Notes: generated from the letters alone by a model not told the origin. Counted from the stretch's first letter, positions 49,820 through 60,271 are shown. The stretch: 60,468 nt of DNA from an uncultured Candidatus Saccharibacteria bacterium (GCA_964403155.1 CAYOEG010000004.1:1-60468); one strand, 5' to 3'. A program made the numbers and translations.

Positions 49820-50956
49820 CTACTTCTTTTTCTTTCCGCCTTTGAAGTATTCAAATTTCATTCTTGCAAATGCTCCTGTTGCAATTATTGATATTACAGA
49901 TGAATATATCCATCCAAATATTGGTATGAGTCCGATACATACAGTGAGGAATCTCCCAATTGCTAAGGACTTGAAAGGTCTGTACTCCTTTACCTTGAAT
50001 AGTGTTAGTATCTCTTGCCCAAATGCAGTTTCAACCCAGAGTTTTCCAAATATTGTCAAAAATAGTAATATCCCAATCAAAAATACTGCCAATGGTGCAC
50101 CTACGACAGATACTGTAAGCAAAATGATCCCAATAGGGGCAAGTATTGTTATTCCGAGTCCAATTGCGAAACTAAGTAAAAGATCTTTCTTGCTTCCAAT
50201 TATCTTGGTCATTAACTTTCCTGTTTTAACAGGTGCAATTGCTATTAACACATAGCCAACTAAGCTCATACTACAGAAAGCAAAGAGGGCATTAAATAAT
50301 TTATTCTCGAAAACAGAAGTTTCCGTTTGTTCTACTTTGGCATCTAAATCAACTCCTTGCTCTTTTGCGATATTTTTTATAATGGATTCTGTATATATCT
50401 CTCCAGTTACATTCTCTTCTTGTAGAGAATATCTATCACCAGATATCAACAAATCACCTTTTATTACGGATTTTACCTCCCCCTCTGCAATAGCTATTCT
50501 GGCATCATCGCTGACTGTACCATCTAGGGTAGCGTTCATTGCTAAAAGATATAGATCTTTCTCAATATCACCATTTATATTAACCACCGTTCCTGATGTG
50601 AAGACATTTCCTTTGACTACACCTTGTATAGATACATCGTTACCAAAAGCATATATATTTCCGAATGTGTTTCCAGAGAATGTTACATCTGCTCCAAAGA
50701 GTAAGACATCGCCTGTTACAGTCCCTGTGACTTTTACAGTAGATGCACTTACGAATAGGTCTCCTTGCACAAACCCATTTATTTCTGTGTTTGTATTAGT
50801 TACATAGAGATCTTCGGATATGGTTTCGTCTTGTGCAAGAGTATAATCTGTCATTACAAATTTAGCTGCACTTACAGGTTTTACCATTAAGAAACCTAAG
50901 AGTAAGGTTATTAATGGAAGAGATAATAGCCCAATTAAGCGTTTTGAAAGAGACAT
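49820..50956 (-). CDS. Membrane protein with a bactofilin-like beta-helical repeat ectodomain
   Basis: 378 aa with a signal peptide, a repetitive G.V.GD / G.V.GN segment (INGFVQGDLFVSA..VKVTGTVTGDVLLFGADVTFSGNTFGNIYAFGNDVSIQGVVKGNVF) and ~4 C-terminal TM helices. Confidence 0.45.
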   Translation of the reverse strand: MSLSKRLIGLLSLPLITLLLGFLMVKPVSAAKFVMTDYTLAQDETISEDLYVTNTNTEINGFVQGDLFVSASTVKVTGTVTGDVLLFGADVTFSGNTFGNIYAFGNDVSIQGVVKGNVFTSGTVVNINGDIEKDLYLLAMNATLDGTVSDDARIAIAEGEVKSVIKGDLLISGDRYSLQEENVTGEIYTESIIKNIAKEQGVDLDAKVEQTETSVFENKLFNALFAFCSMSLVGYVLIAIAPVKTGKLMTKIIGSKKDLLLSFAIGLGITILAPIGIILLTVSVVGAPLAVFLIGILLFLTIFGKLWVETAFGQEILTLFKVKEYRPFKSLAIGRFLTVCIGLIPIFGWIYSSVISIIATGAFARMKFEYFKGGKKKK

Positions 50957-51017
50957 CTTTAGAAAGATGATAATTTACTAAATATATAGTAGCATAAAAG
51001 GTTCTTAATTGGCATAG

Positions 51018-51046
51018 TTGCGGTAAAATTCAAATACAAATATAAT
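51018..51046 (+). promoter_or_regulatory. Promoter of the glycan-export operon (near-leaderless)
   Basis: TTGCGG (51018-51023), a 17-nt spacer and TATAAT (51041-51046). The ATG at 51056 is only 9 nt after the -10. Confidence 0.45.
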
Positions 51047-51055
51047 CTTACAAAC

Positions 51056-51820
51056 ATGATTAACTACCTAGAACTACTTTGGCAGTTCATAACAACAGAT
51101 TTCAAACTCAGATACAAGAATTCGTATCTTGGCATTATCTGGATTGTACTAAAACCTCTCGCAATGTTTGCTGTCATATATACCATCTGGTCTAGTATCT
51201 TCAAACAAACTCCAGACTACAAGATGGGCTTACTTCTTGGAATCATCATGATGAACCTCTTTAGTGAAGCAGTAATGATGGGAATGGATTCCCTTATGTC
51301 AAAAGCAGGAATTATATTAAAGATAAAATTCCCAAGGGAGGTTGTTGTATTTAGTGGTGTGACGATAGCAATGTTTGATTTCTTCTTCAATATGATAGTT
51401 TTTGGAATCTTCTGCATATTTACACCAATCAATACAACGGGAATAGGAGTGCTTCTTTTCCTTCTCGCAATACTTAGTATATTTATTCTGACACTAGGAT
51501 TAAGCTTGTTCTCCAGCATAATTTTCATAAAGCTAAGAGATATCCATAATCTTGTTGAAGTGCTTATACAGTTAGTATTCTGGGCAACCCCAGTGTACTA
51601 CACATTAGAAATGTTACCCGAGAATTTACAGAATATCGTTAAGTTTAACCCCCTCACATTGATAGTAACCTACGCAAGAAAAGGTCTGATAAACGGAGAT
51701 GCAGTGAGAACAGAGGACTTTATGCAATTAGCAGTTGTCTTTTTAATATGTTGCGCAGTTTTGTTACTAGGTAATATCTTCTTTAAGAAAAAAGTTTCTA
51801 AAATAGCCGAATACTTCTAA
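51056..51820 (+). CDS. ABC-2 type polysaccharide/teichoic-acid export permease (Wzm/TagG-like)
   Basis: 254 aa with 6 TM helices and the N-terminal LWQFITTDFKLRYKNSYLGIIWIVLKP typical of Wzm/TagG. It is coupled to the ATPase gene through an overlapping stop/start. Confidence 0.8.
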   Translation: MINYLELLWQFITTDFKLRYKNSYLGIIWIVLKPLAMFAVIYTIWSSIFKQTPDYKMGLLLGIIMMNLFSEAVMMGMDSLMSKAGIILKIKFPREVVVFSGVTIAMFDFFFNMIVFGIFCIFTPINTTGIGVLLFLLAILSIFILTLGLSLFSSIIFIKLRDIHNLVEVLIQLVFWATPVYYTLEMLPENLQNIVKFNPLTLIVTYARKGLINGDAVRTEDFMQLAVVFLICCAVLLLGNIFFKKKVSKIAEYF

Positions 51821-52560
51821 TGGATGAAAGAAAACCAATAATACATATAAAGAATGTTAGAAAATCCTTTTTCTTACCAAGTGAGAAACATAATACCTTG
51901 GTAGAATTCTTGCATAATCCGCTAAGACTTTTCAAACCAGCAGGAGAACAATATTCAGTATTGAAAGATATTGATCTAGATGTGTATCCAGGGGAATTTG
52001 TAGGTATCATGGGTAGGAATGGATCAGGTAAATCGACATTACTTAAGATAATGGCAGGTATATATGAGCCAACAGATGGAACAGTACGTGTAAATGGAAA
52101 GTTGGTACCTTTCTTAGAACTAGGTGTAGGGTTTAATCCTGAATTAAGTGCAAGGGAGAATGTATATCTTAATGGTGTCATATTGGGTATGAAGAAAAAG
52201 GATCTTAAACAGAAGTACCAAGAGATTGTGGATTTCGCTGAATTAGAAAAGTTTATGGAAGTCCCCCTAAAGAACTTCTCCTCTGGTATGCAGGTGAGAT
52301 TAGCATTCTCGATAGCCATAATGGCTGATGCGGATGTATATCTTTTGGACGAGGTATTGGCTGTGGGAGATGTAGCTTTCCAAGAAAAATGTTTTAATGT
52401 ATTTAGGAAATACAAAGCAGATGGTAAGACAGTTGTATTAGTCACACACTCACCTCAATCAGTAAAAGATTTCTGTGATAGAGCGGTGTTCTTAAAAGAT
52501 GGTATTATACAGCCCCAAAATACTGTTGATGATGTAATTCAAGCATATATCAATGGATAG
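51820..52560 (+). CDS. ABC transporter ATP-binding protein (Wzt/TagH-like, no C-terminal glycan-binding domain)
   Basis: 246 aa with Walker A GRNGSGKSTLLK, the signature-like FSSGMQVRLAF and Walker B VYLLDE. Confidence 0.88.
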   Translation: MDERKPIIHIKNVRKSFFLPSEKHNTLVEFLHNPLRLFKPAGEQYSVLKDIDLDVYPGEFVGIMGRNGSGKSTLLKIMAGIYEPTDGTVRVNGKLVPFLELGVGFNPELSARENVYLNGVILGMKKKDLKQKYQEIVDFAELEKFMEVPLKNFSSGMQVRLAFSIAIMADADVYLLDEVLAVGDVAFQEKCFNVFRKYKADGKTVVLVTHSPQSVKDFCDRAVFLKDGIIQPQNTVDDVIQAYING

Positions 52561-53779
52561 ATTAAAACTCAGGGTTAGGCACAACAAGGTTATTCTTAAA
52601 AAAGAGTTAATAAATCTCCTAGAGAAATTACGTATTAAAGATTTCTTAAGAAAAAGGATGGAGATGAATACTCCTGCGTTTGGAGATACTGTTGAGATTG
52701 ATAATACTAAGAAGAATATCTTTGTGCTTCCTAATATGCCCTGGACTTACAGGATGCAGAGACCTCAGCAGATCTTTTCGAGATTGGCTAAGAGATACAA
52801 TGTTTTTTACATCTCTCCAATTACATCTGGTACAGAATATTTTTGTAAAGTAGCAGATGGTATATATGAGGTACATCTTCAAACTAAGGTTTCGGGGAAT
52901 GTTTTGAGAGATTTCCATTTAAATACTGAGAATGAGGATTCATTTGTTGAATCATTTGAAAGACTTTTAGGTGATTATACAAAGAAGAGTGGATCTCTTC
53001 TTTTTGTTTTACATCCGGTATGGAAGAATGTAGCTTTTAGAGTAGAGAATGTAAAAAGAGCTTACGATCTAATGGATTTGTATGCTGGATTTAGTGATGC
53101 AAGGGAGGAGCTTGTAAAAGGAGAGGGTGAGTTGATAAAAGAAAGTGATGTGGTAATAACTACTGCACAGAATCTTTTTGACCATGCAAAGAAATTAAAC
53201 AAGAATTCGTATCTTGTTAGGAATGGTTGTGATTATGATATGTTTTCTAAGTTAAAGAAGAATGGGGAATTGGATAGTTTAGAGGGTAAACCAATTTTAG
53301 GTTACTATGGTGCTTTGACTGATTGGATTGATGCCAAGACTTTGGAGGAGGTGGTGAAGGGGAATAGGGATAAGTATTTTGTGCTTATAGGGGCTGTTAA
53401 TACTGATACTTTAAAACCTTTGTATAAGTATCATAATGTGTATTTCTTGGATGAGGTTAGTCATAGGGAGTTGCCTGGGTATTTGGCATATTTTGATGTT
53501 TGTATGATTCCTTTTGTTTTGAATGATTTAATATTGAATACTAATCCTGTTAAGTTCTATGAATATATTTGTTCGGGGAAGCCGGTTATAGCTCCACAGT
53601 TACCAGAATTAAAACAGTATTCTGATATTTGTTATTTGTATAATAATGCAGAGGAGTTTAATGGATATATTAATGAGGCTTTGAAGGAGAAGAAGGAATT
53701 AAAAGAGAAGAGAAAGAAGACAGGGAAAGAGAATAGTTGGGAGAATAGGGTGGAGGAAATTATTAAAATAATAAAATAA
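52553..53779 (+). CDS. Glycosyltransferase, GT-B fold (TuaH-like module)
   Basis: 408 aa. The C-terminal half GYYGALTDWID...FVLIGAVN...NVYFLDEVSHRELPGYLAYFDVCMIPF...NPVKFYEYICSGKPVIA is shared with 53781-55046 and with the C-terminus of 58052-60271. Confidence 0.6.
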   Translation: MDRLKLRVRHNKVILKKELINLLEKLRIKDFLRKRMEMNTPAFGDTVEIDNTKKNIFVLPNMPWTYRMQRPQQIFSRLAKRYNVFYISPITSGTEYFCKVADGIYEVHLQTKVSGNVLRDFHLNTENEDSFVESFERLLGDYTKKSGSLLFVLHPVWKNVAFRVENVKRAYDLMDLYAGFSDAREELVKGEGELIKESDVVITTAQNLFDHAKKLNKNSYLVRNGCDYDMFSKLKKNGELDSLEGKPILGYYGALTDWIDAKTLEEVVKGNRDKYFVLIGAVNTDTLKPLYKYHNVYFLDEVSHRELPGYLAYFDVCMIPFVLNDLILNTNPVKFYEYICSGKPVIAPQLPELKQYSDICYLYNNAEEFNGYINEALKEKKELKEKRKKTGKENSWENRVEEIIKIIK

Positions 53780-53780
53780 T

Positions 53781-55046
53781 ATGATGAAAAAACTATTACA
53801 CAAAATAGCAGTTAAGACTCGTCTGATATATCTTTGGAGAGTTGCGAAGAATGTAAAAAATAAAGGGTTGAAAAAAACAGCTAAATATTTTTCTTACAAG
53901 GTATCTACTATTTCCCCTGTATTAAAACTGAGACAAAAGAGGTTGGATAATCAACTAAATGAGATCTTAGGTTCTAACAGTGATAAGCCAATTATCCTTT
54001 CTCTTTCTTTCATAGATTGGGATGTTCCGTTGTATCAGAGACCACAGCATGTAGCGATTCAGTTAGCTAAACAGGGCTTCTTGTATTTTTACCATACTAG
54101 AAACTACTATGATTTCTTAGATGGGTACAAGAAGATTGGTGAGAACATGTATCTTACAAATAGGTTTGATGATGTATATGAGAAATTAAAGGGTAAGAAG
54201 AAATTCATACATTTGTATTCTACAAATATGTATGAGGATGATGAGGCGAGGATAGAGAGAGCTTTGGATAATGGAGATATGATTTTGTATGAATATATTG
54301 ATGAGATTAGTGAGAAGATATCGGGAAGGAAGATCCCACAGTTTGTACTAGATAGGCATGAAAGGTTGTTAAAGGATGAGGAGCATTGTTTTGTTATCGC
54401 TACGGCAGATAAGTTATACAAGGATGTTGCTAAACACAGAAGAAAGAATTTTAAATTGGTTACTAATGGGGTAGTATATGAACATTTCATGGATATTGAG
54501 AATATGATTCCCAAGGAGATGGAAGGGGTTGTAAGTAAGAACAAACCAATTGTTGGATATTATGGCGCTTTGGCTAGTTGGTTTGATTATGAGCTACTTA
54601 AGGGTGTTGCAAGGGAGAGAGAGGATTGGAGTTTTGTATTGATTGGTTGGGATTATGATGGTAGTTTTAAGGGTTCAGGGTTAGATGGGTTAAAGAATGT
54701 GTTTGTTATCCCTCCTGTGGATTATCATAGGCTTCCTTTGTATGCTCAATGGTTTGATGTATGTATGATTCCATTTCAAATTAATGAGGTTACATTATCT
54801 ACTTCACCTGTAAAATTATTTGAGTATATGGCTTTGGGTAAACCTATTGTTACTACACCTATGCCTGAGTGTAAGAAATACAAGAGTGTATTGATAGCAG
54901 AGAATAAAGTAAGAGATTTTGTTAAGAAGGTAGAAGAGGGATTAAGGAAGAGGGAGGATGGTAAGTATTTAGAATTACTAAAAGAAGAGGCTTTAGAGAA
55001 TACATGGAAGAAGAAGGCGGAGGAGATTAGGGAAGTTATTTCTTAG
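53781..55046 (+). CDS. Glycosyltransferase, GT-B fold (paralog of the preceding gene)
   Basis: 421 aa with VGYYGALASWFDY...FVLIGWDYD...NVFVIPPVDYHRLPLYAQWFDVCMIPF...SPVKLFEYMALGKPIVT. Confidence 0.6.
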   Translation: MMKKLLHKIAVKTRLIYLWRVAKNVKNKGLKKTAKYFSYKVSTISPVLKLRQKRLDNQLNEILGSNSDKPIILSLSFIDWDVPLYQRPQHVAIQLAKQGFLYFYHTRNYYDFLDGYKKIGENMYLTNRFDDVYEKLKGKKKFIHLYSTNMYEDDEARIERALDNGDMILYEYIDEISEKISGRKIPQFVLDRHERLLKDEEHCFVIATADKLYKDVAKHRRKNFKLVTNGVVYEHFMDIENMIPKEMEGVVSKNKPIVGYYGALASWFDYELLKGVAREREDWSFVLIGWDYDGSFKGSGLDGLKNVFVIPPVDYHRLPLYAQWFDVCMIPFQINEVTLSTSPVKLFEYMALGKPIVTTPMPECKKYKSVLIAENKVRDFVKKVEEGLRKREDGKYLELLKEEALENTWKKKAEEIREVIS

Positions 55047-55054
55047 GTGATTTA

Positions 55055-55834
55055 CTATCTTAGGGATTCGTCTATTTCCTGATTGTACAGAATATCATAC
55101 CAGTCTGGGCCATACTTTTTACTAAATACTTCCACTGTGTTTTCCCAACCAAGTCTTCTTCTGTCTTCTGCAGACATATTCATCCGATCCATTTTGTAGC
55201 CAATATCAGTCGTCTTTGAAACTTCTATTCTTTCATCAATCCATATAGATTTATTTGCTTTTCTTGCTTTCCAACACATTTCCACGTCTACCCCATATGC
55301 ATATTTTAGGTCACGATTCACTCTTCCATTCTTGTCCAACCATTCTGCCCTCCATAGTGGTGCGATGTTATCTATGAACCATGTTTGTCTGAAATTATTT
55401 GTACCTCTATTTTTTAAATGCTCCCAGTATATATTAGAGTCTTTTGAAATGGAAGGTATTACCACAACAGCATTTTTATCTTCTTTTAATTTTTGTATCA
55501 TGTAGGAGATAGGGTCTTTGCTTTTTTTCGTAAATTCCATGCTAGTAAAGAGAAACATATAGCCAAAGTATTTATATGGTTTTTTATCTGTCTCTTCAAA
55601 GGCACGTAGCCATCCTCCCATTGTTTGCAGGTTTTTCTCCATAATAACATTGGCATATTTTGAAGGTGGAACCAAATCTGAACCATTATCAACAGAATAT
55701 ATATCTATTGGATAATGTACATTCTTAACAATATATTCATAAAGTTTATCTGCCTTTTCGGGCATGTTATAATTTACTATGAAAACAGCAACCTTCTTGC
55801 TTCTAGGTTTGAGGAAATTTAAGAATTTGAGCAT
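55055..55834 (-). CDS. Glycosyltransferase family 2-like protein
   Basis: 259 aa with an N-terminal GT-A pattern (VAVFIVNYNMPEKADKLYEYI...IYSVDNGSD). Confidence 0.5.
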   Translation of the reverse strand: MLKFLNFLKPRSKKVAVFIVNYNMPEKADKLYEYIVKNVHYPIDIYSVDNGSDLVPPSKYANVIMEKNLQTMGGWLRAFEETDKKPYKYFGYMFLFTSMEFTKKSKDPISYMIQKLKEDKNAVVVIPSISKDSNIYWEHLKNRGTNNFRQTWFIDNIAPLWRAEWLDKNGRVNRDLKYAYGVDVEMCWKARKANKSIWIDERIEVSKTTDIGYKMDRMNMSAEDRRRLGWENTVEVFSKKYGPDWYDILYNQEIDESLR

Positions 55835-55865
55835 ACATTTTTAGCCTTTATTGAAAGAATTATAA

Positions 55866-57218
55866 ATGGATATTAAAAAAGAAATAGAACAAAGTCAATT
55901 ATTTGAACGTCGTTATGAAGAATTACTATATCTTTTTAGTGAAAGAACAGGACGATTACTTCATATGGTCAAATTCCATTATCTGAAATTATATATTCAA
56001 CTGAAAAAGGAATTTCTACCTCAATTCGTAAAATCAGAAATACAACTCAAGGTGAAAAGAGGGTTGAAATATATTCGTCACAAAGAACCTGTCGGTATTC
56101 TAGTGGATAGTTTGGACAAAGGAGGTTTGGAACAAGTTGTATATAATATTTGCAAAGGTTTTAAAAAAGTAAAACCATATATTTTTATTACCGGAGAGGA
56201 ATATGGGGATATGGGCTGGAAACTTCGTCAGGAAGGTTTTTATGTATATATTCTGGAGGATGATTTTAAGAGATTTTCCTCTTTAGTACAACAGATCGGA
56301 ATCAAAAAAATAAATTCCCATTACAGTATATGGAACTTCAAGAAGATTCATCACAAAGAAATACAGATTTTTTATACAATTCATAATAGTTATACTTGGA
56401 TAGAAGGTGAAAATCTTGATATCCGAAAAGAAGCATACAAAAAAGTTACAAAATTCATAGCAGTTTCTTGCTCTGTAAAGAGATATTTTTGTAAAAAATT
56501 TAATGTACCTTCGAAAAAAATCAATATTATTCCGAATGGTTTTGATTTGAAAAGATGGGTAAATTTAAAAAATAAAAAATATGAAAGTAGAAAGCGCAGG
56601 GAAAGAGTTTTCCTAAATGTCGCGTCATTTGCACCATTAAAAAATCAGATCCTCCTTGTAAGTGCATTTGCAGAAGTAAATAAAAAATACCCGGATACCA
56701 TTTTATATCTTGTTGGAAATGTTTTAGATGTCGATTATTACAATAGAGTTGTTAGTCTAATAGAAAAACTAGGTTTGACAAAAAAAATAAAAATTATGGA
56801 TTTTATGACTCAGGAAAAACTCTTTGATGTATATAAAAAAACTGATTGCTTTGTTTTATCTTCCTTGCAAGAAGGGGCTCCAAATGTTCTCTTAGAGAGT
56901 ATGTATATGGGTTTGCCAACAATATCTACGGATGTAGGGAATGCAAGAGAATTACTTTCTGATTACGGAATAGTAGTAAAAAATTCTTACGAAGATTTAA
57001 CAAAACTAAATATAAATGACTTAATCGTTATCGCGAAGGATAACAATCAATCAAACCGAGAAGAGCTAGCAAAATCAATGGAAAAGGTTCTTGAGCATTC
57101 TGAGATCTATAAAGGAAAAGCGGAATCATCATCAAATCATATAGTGAAGTTTTTTAATAAAAAAGTGCAGATAACGAAATATGAGGAAACTATGGAGGTA
57201 AGTCATATAAAAGGATAA
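55866..57218 (+). CDS. Glycosyltransferase family 4 (GT1 superfamily)
   Basis: 450 aa with the C-terminal Glycos_transf_1 pattern (FLNVASFAPLKNQ...LYLVGN...VLSSLQEGAPNVLLESMYMGLPTISTDVGNARELL). Confidence 0.7.
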   Translation: MDIKKEIEQSQLFERRYEELLYLFSERTGRLLHMVKFHYLKLYIQLKKEFLPQFVKSEIQLKVKRGLKYIRHKEPVGILVDSLDKGGLEQVVYNICKGFKKVKPYIFITGEEYGDMGWKLRQEGFYVYILEDDFKRFSSLVQQIGIKKINSHYSIWNFKKIHHKEIQIFYTIHNSYTWIEGENLDIRKEAYKKVTKFIAVSCSVKRYFCKKFNVPSKKINIIPNGFDLKRWVNLKNKKYESRKRRERVFLNVASFAPLKNQILLVSAFAEVNKKYPDTILYLVGNVLDVDYYNRVVSLIEKLGLTKKIKIMDFMTQEKLFDVYKKTDCFVLSSLQEGAPNVLLESMYMGLPTISTDVGNARELLSDYGIVVKNSYEDLTKLNINDLIVIAKDNNQSNREELAKSMEKVLEHSEIYKGKAESSSNHIVKFFNKKVQITKYEETMEVSHIKG

Positions 57219-57238
57219 TTTTTGCAAAGAAATATCTC

Positions 57239-58045
57239 TTAAATTTTCTTTTTGCAGACTAAGCAGAAATGTCTTCCTGAATATTTGTATCCCGGAGAAT
57301 AATCAAATTTTATAATTTCTAGCCCAGCTTCTTTGAGTAAGCTAAATAGCTCTTTTTTATTATACTGATAGATATGTGCGTCAATTATCTTCTTCCTTTT
57401 GTTCGGGAGCGGCATAGCTTTGGGATTCTTGTAAAAGGTTGTTACTTTCCCCCATTCCTCGGCATCAGGAGTAGTGATATATATCAACCCATCTTTTTTT
57501 AGAACCTTTGCTATTTTTTTCAGTGTAGGTATGGGATTGAAATTAAGATGCTCTAGTACTTCTGTAAAGATAATGGTATCAAAAGATTCTTTCTTAAAAG
57601 GAATAGGCTCTAATTCTATATTTGCGACTTTGAAATTTAAGGAGTGTTTCTTGATTAACTTTTGACTCATGTATGCTCCTATAAAATCTACCATAAAGGA
57701 AGAACAGCCAGTCAACCTCTTTGTAAATATTGAGAGGGTACCATAACCACACCCGATATCAAGGGTTTTCGAAATTGTTCTTTTTTTCGCATCTTCGTAT
57801 AACCATCGAGTTACGGGATTCCAGAAATAAATTTCGGAAGACCTATATGTTGGGAATGAAATTTCTTTTCCAGAATAGTCTTTTCCAGTTTGGACTTTCT
57901 CATAGAAGCCTTTATCTGAAAGTCTGGCAATCTCTTCTTGTGTGTCATAGATTTCTCTTACCCAAGGAAAAAATTCATCCATGAATAGGCTATATGGATC
58001 AACCTCTGCATCTTTTGTTTTAATTTTGAATATATCTTTAAACAT
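57239..58045 (-). CDS. Class I SAM-dependent methyltransferase
   Basis: 268 aa with motif I TLDIGCGYGTLS and the post-I/II segments FDTIIFTEVLEHL and LKKDGLIYITT. Confidence 0.65.
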   Translation of the reverse strand: MFKDIFKIKTKDAEVDPYSLFMDEFFPWVREIYDTQEEIARLSDKGFYEKVQTGKDYSGKEISFPTYRSSEIYFWNPVTRWLYEDAKKRTISKTLDIGCGYGTLSIFTKRLTGCSSFMVDFIGAYMSQKLIKKHSLNFKVANIELEPIPFKKESFDTIIFTEVLEHLNFNPIPTLKKIAKVLKKDGLIYITTPDAEEWGKVTTFYKNPKAMPLPNKRKKIIDAHIYQYNKKELFSLLKEAGLEIIKFDYSPGYKYSGRHFCLVCKKKI

Positions 58046-58051
58046 ATAGAT

Positions 58052-60271
58052 TTAATTTTTAATTGTTTTAAGAATTTTCTTTACTCGTGACTCCCAGTTG
58101 TTATTTTTAACAAATGTGTCGATTTGTTTGATATCAATTTTCTTTTTCATAGCTATATCTATGTTATCCAGAAATTCTGTTTTATTTTTTGCACAAAAGA
58201 CATAGGGGAGACCCCTTAATTCTTCCATGTCAGATGTTACGACGGGTTTATGCATTGCCAAGTATTCGTAGACTTTTAGCGGGTTGACATATTTTGTAAT
58301 ATGGTCATTTTTGAATGGGATTATACATACAGAAGCGTAAGCTAGGTATGCAGGGAGATCTTTTTGTTGTTTAAGTCCCAAAAAGAATATATTCGAAAAG
58401 ATACTCGTGTAGAAATGTTCTTTATCTTCTGGTATGCCACCAATAAAGACAAAATTGTAATCCTTATTTTTTTTCAAACAAAATTCAACCAAGTTCCAAT
58501 CAAACCACTCTCCCCACATTGCTCCGATATACATTACAATTGGTTTAGATATCATCAGATCTAATGGTTTCCGGTATGCAAGATTGGGTTTAAACAAATT
58601 TGTATTCACTGCATTTGGGACCAATGCAATAGACTTTTCTTTATACCTAGAAAAGAGTTCCTCTTGTAATGTTTTTGCTGAGGCTACAACATAATCGCTT
58701 TCATGCAGTAATTTTTGATCTATATCTGCAGAATACCATATTGACCCAAGTGAAGACTGCCAATTATCAATATAATCATATATGATTTTGACATTTTCTT
58801 TTTTGAGTGACTTGATTAACTCTAAGAATTTAATATGTGGGAATTCCATTAAGCAGAAAGACCTATTTAATATGCCTTTATATCTCTGTACGAAATCTTC
58901 TAAAGAAAAGTCATCAATTTGATATAGCTCCAGCAAAGTAATATCGATATCAAAAAACTGTACCTGAGGAGGCTCGTAACTTGGATACAAATTGATATAT
59001 ATGACCTTATATCCATTTCTGATAAGTTCCATTGTTAATTGGGAGCATCTTTGCCCCCCACCAGAATCGGTCAGTGGTACTCCCGCAAACATTAAAACAA
59101 CTCCCTTAATTTTACGTTTTTTAATTTCTATCATGCTTCTTTCCATTCTTCCCTCAAGGTAACCTTGGAGTCTTGCTTGTTTTTGAGAAGAAAGGAGTAA
59201 ACGTTTTCCATGTAGTGATTTTATGAGATTTTGATAAAATGAAAAATCACCTAAACCACTCTCTCCATCCCCCTTTGAATATCTTCGTGTTAATAAGAGT
59301 GATTTCAATTTGTTAGCGGGCGAATTCCATAAGACAAAAGCATTTAAATTGAAAATCCATCGTTTACTTACTTTGCGATAATTAACATCATAAAGAGTAT
59401 CTTCGCCAGTCTTTGAAAGATATTCAGGGTAGTGATTGATTTTTTGAGAAATGCTCTTCTTTATCAATAGAGATCTGGAAGAAGGTAAGAAGTTTTTCCA
59501 ATACACGCCCTTCTTAAAATCGGCGACATAGTATTTTGAGAATTGATTCTTTTTCTTGGAATAATATATTCCACCCACCAAATCTGTGTCAGGGTATTTT
59601 TCTGCTGTACCTACGAGATTCTGGCAGAAACATTTATCAATCTTACAACCAGCGTCTGTGAATACTATAATCTCATTCTTCGCATGTCTTAAACCTTTAT
59701 TACGTCCTTCTGCTATATTTAAGACAGATCCTCTGAAGAATTTAATATTCAAAGTTGTTTTCTTCATGAATTTTTCCACTACTTTGATTGTATTGTCTGT
59801 AGACCCCCCATCAACAAGGATGACTTCATTTGGGGTCAAAGTTTGATTCTCAATGTCCGCAAGAAAATTTAAAATGTTATCTGATTCGTTGAAAATAGTT
59901 GTAATAAGGGAAAATTTTGTTTTTATTTTTTCTGGATCAAAATCTTCCTGAATAACATGTACATCAATATCTTTTAAAAATGTTAAGAAAGAGTATGGAT
60001 TATATCTCTCTGATGTTAGAAATTCTCGAAACTTTTTCTTGAAATCCATGAACTTCTTGATTGATTTTTTTAAGGAAACAATAATTGGTTTTAAGAACGA
60101 ATATTTCTCAAGAAAATTATAATATTTCATTATCATTCTCCAGGAATAGGAATTCTTTATAATATATAGTTCTCTTTGAAAGCTAAGATATTCTTGCTCC
60201 ATGAGAACTAACTTCTCCTCTGCGCGCATATCTTTTGGATGAACGAGAGATTTATTAATTTTCGTCTTCAT
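58052..60271 (-). CDS. Fused two-domain glycosyltransferase (N-terminal GT2 plus C-terminal TuaH-like GT-B module)
   Basis: 739 aa. The GT-A part is FSLITTIFNESDNILNFLADIENQTLTPNEVILVDGGSTDNT...FTDAG. The C-terminal part is VMYIGAMWGEWFDWNL...FVFIGG...NIFFLGLKQQKDLPAYLAYASVCIIPF...NPLKVYEYLAMHKPVVT. Confidence 0.65.
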   Translation of the reverse strand: MKTKINKSLVHPKDMRAEEKLVLMEQEYLSFQRELYIIKNSYSWRMIMKYYNFLEKYSFLKPIIVSLKKSIKKFMDFKKKFREFLTSERYNPYSFLTFLKDIDVHVIQEDFDPEKIKTKFSLITTIFNESDNILNFLADIENQTLTPNEVILVDGGSTDNTIKVVEKFMKKTTLNIKFFRGSVLNIAEGRNKGLRHAKNEIIVFTDAGCKIDKCFCQNLVGTAEKYPDTDLVGGIYYSKKKNQFSKYYVADFKKGVYWKNFLPSSRSLLIKKSISQKINHYPEYLSKTGEDTLYDVNYRKVSKRWIFNLNAFVLWNSPANKLKSLLLTRRYSKGDGESGLGDFSFYQNLIKSLHGKRLLLSSQKQARLQGYLEGRMERSMIEIKKRKIKGVVLMFAGVPLTDSGGGQRCSQLTMELIRNGYKVIYINLYPSYEPPQVQFFDIDITLLELYQIDDFSLEDFVQRYKGILNRSFCLMEFPHIKFLELIKSLKKENVKIIYDYIDNWQSSLGSIWYSADIDQKLLHESDYVVASAKTLQEELFSRYKEKSIALVPNAVNTNLFKPNLAYRKPLDLMISKPIVMYIGAMWGEWFDWNLVEFCLKKNKDYNFVFIGGIPEDKEHFYTSIFSNIFFLGLKQQKDLPAYLAYASVCIIPFKNDHITKYVNPLKVYEYLAMHKPVVTSDMEELRGLPYVFCAKNKTEFLDNIDIAMKKKIDIKQIDTFVKNNNWESRVKKILKTIKN

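Noticed and set aside
49842-50807. Two plus-strand ORFs (137 and 156 aa) opposite the beta-helix membrane protein gene. Similar antisense ORFs occur at 24778-25338, 35319-35750, 29128-30082 and 28339-28704.
   Set aside because: All are antisense shadows of longer ORFs with coherent domain architecture. They show compositional bias (S/F/I/L/P-rich) and have no motifs.
51798-52445. A 215-aa minus-strand ORF.
   Set aside because: It is antisense to the Wzt/TagH-like ABC ATPase, which has intact Walker A/B motifs. It is a shadow ORF.
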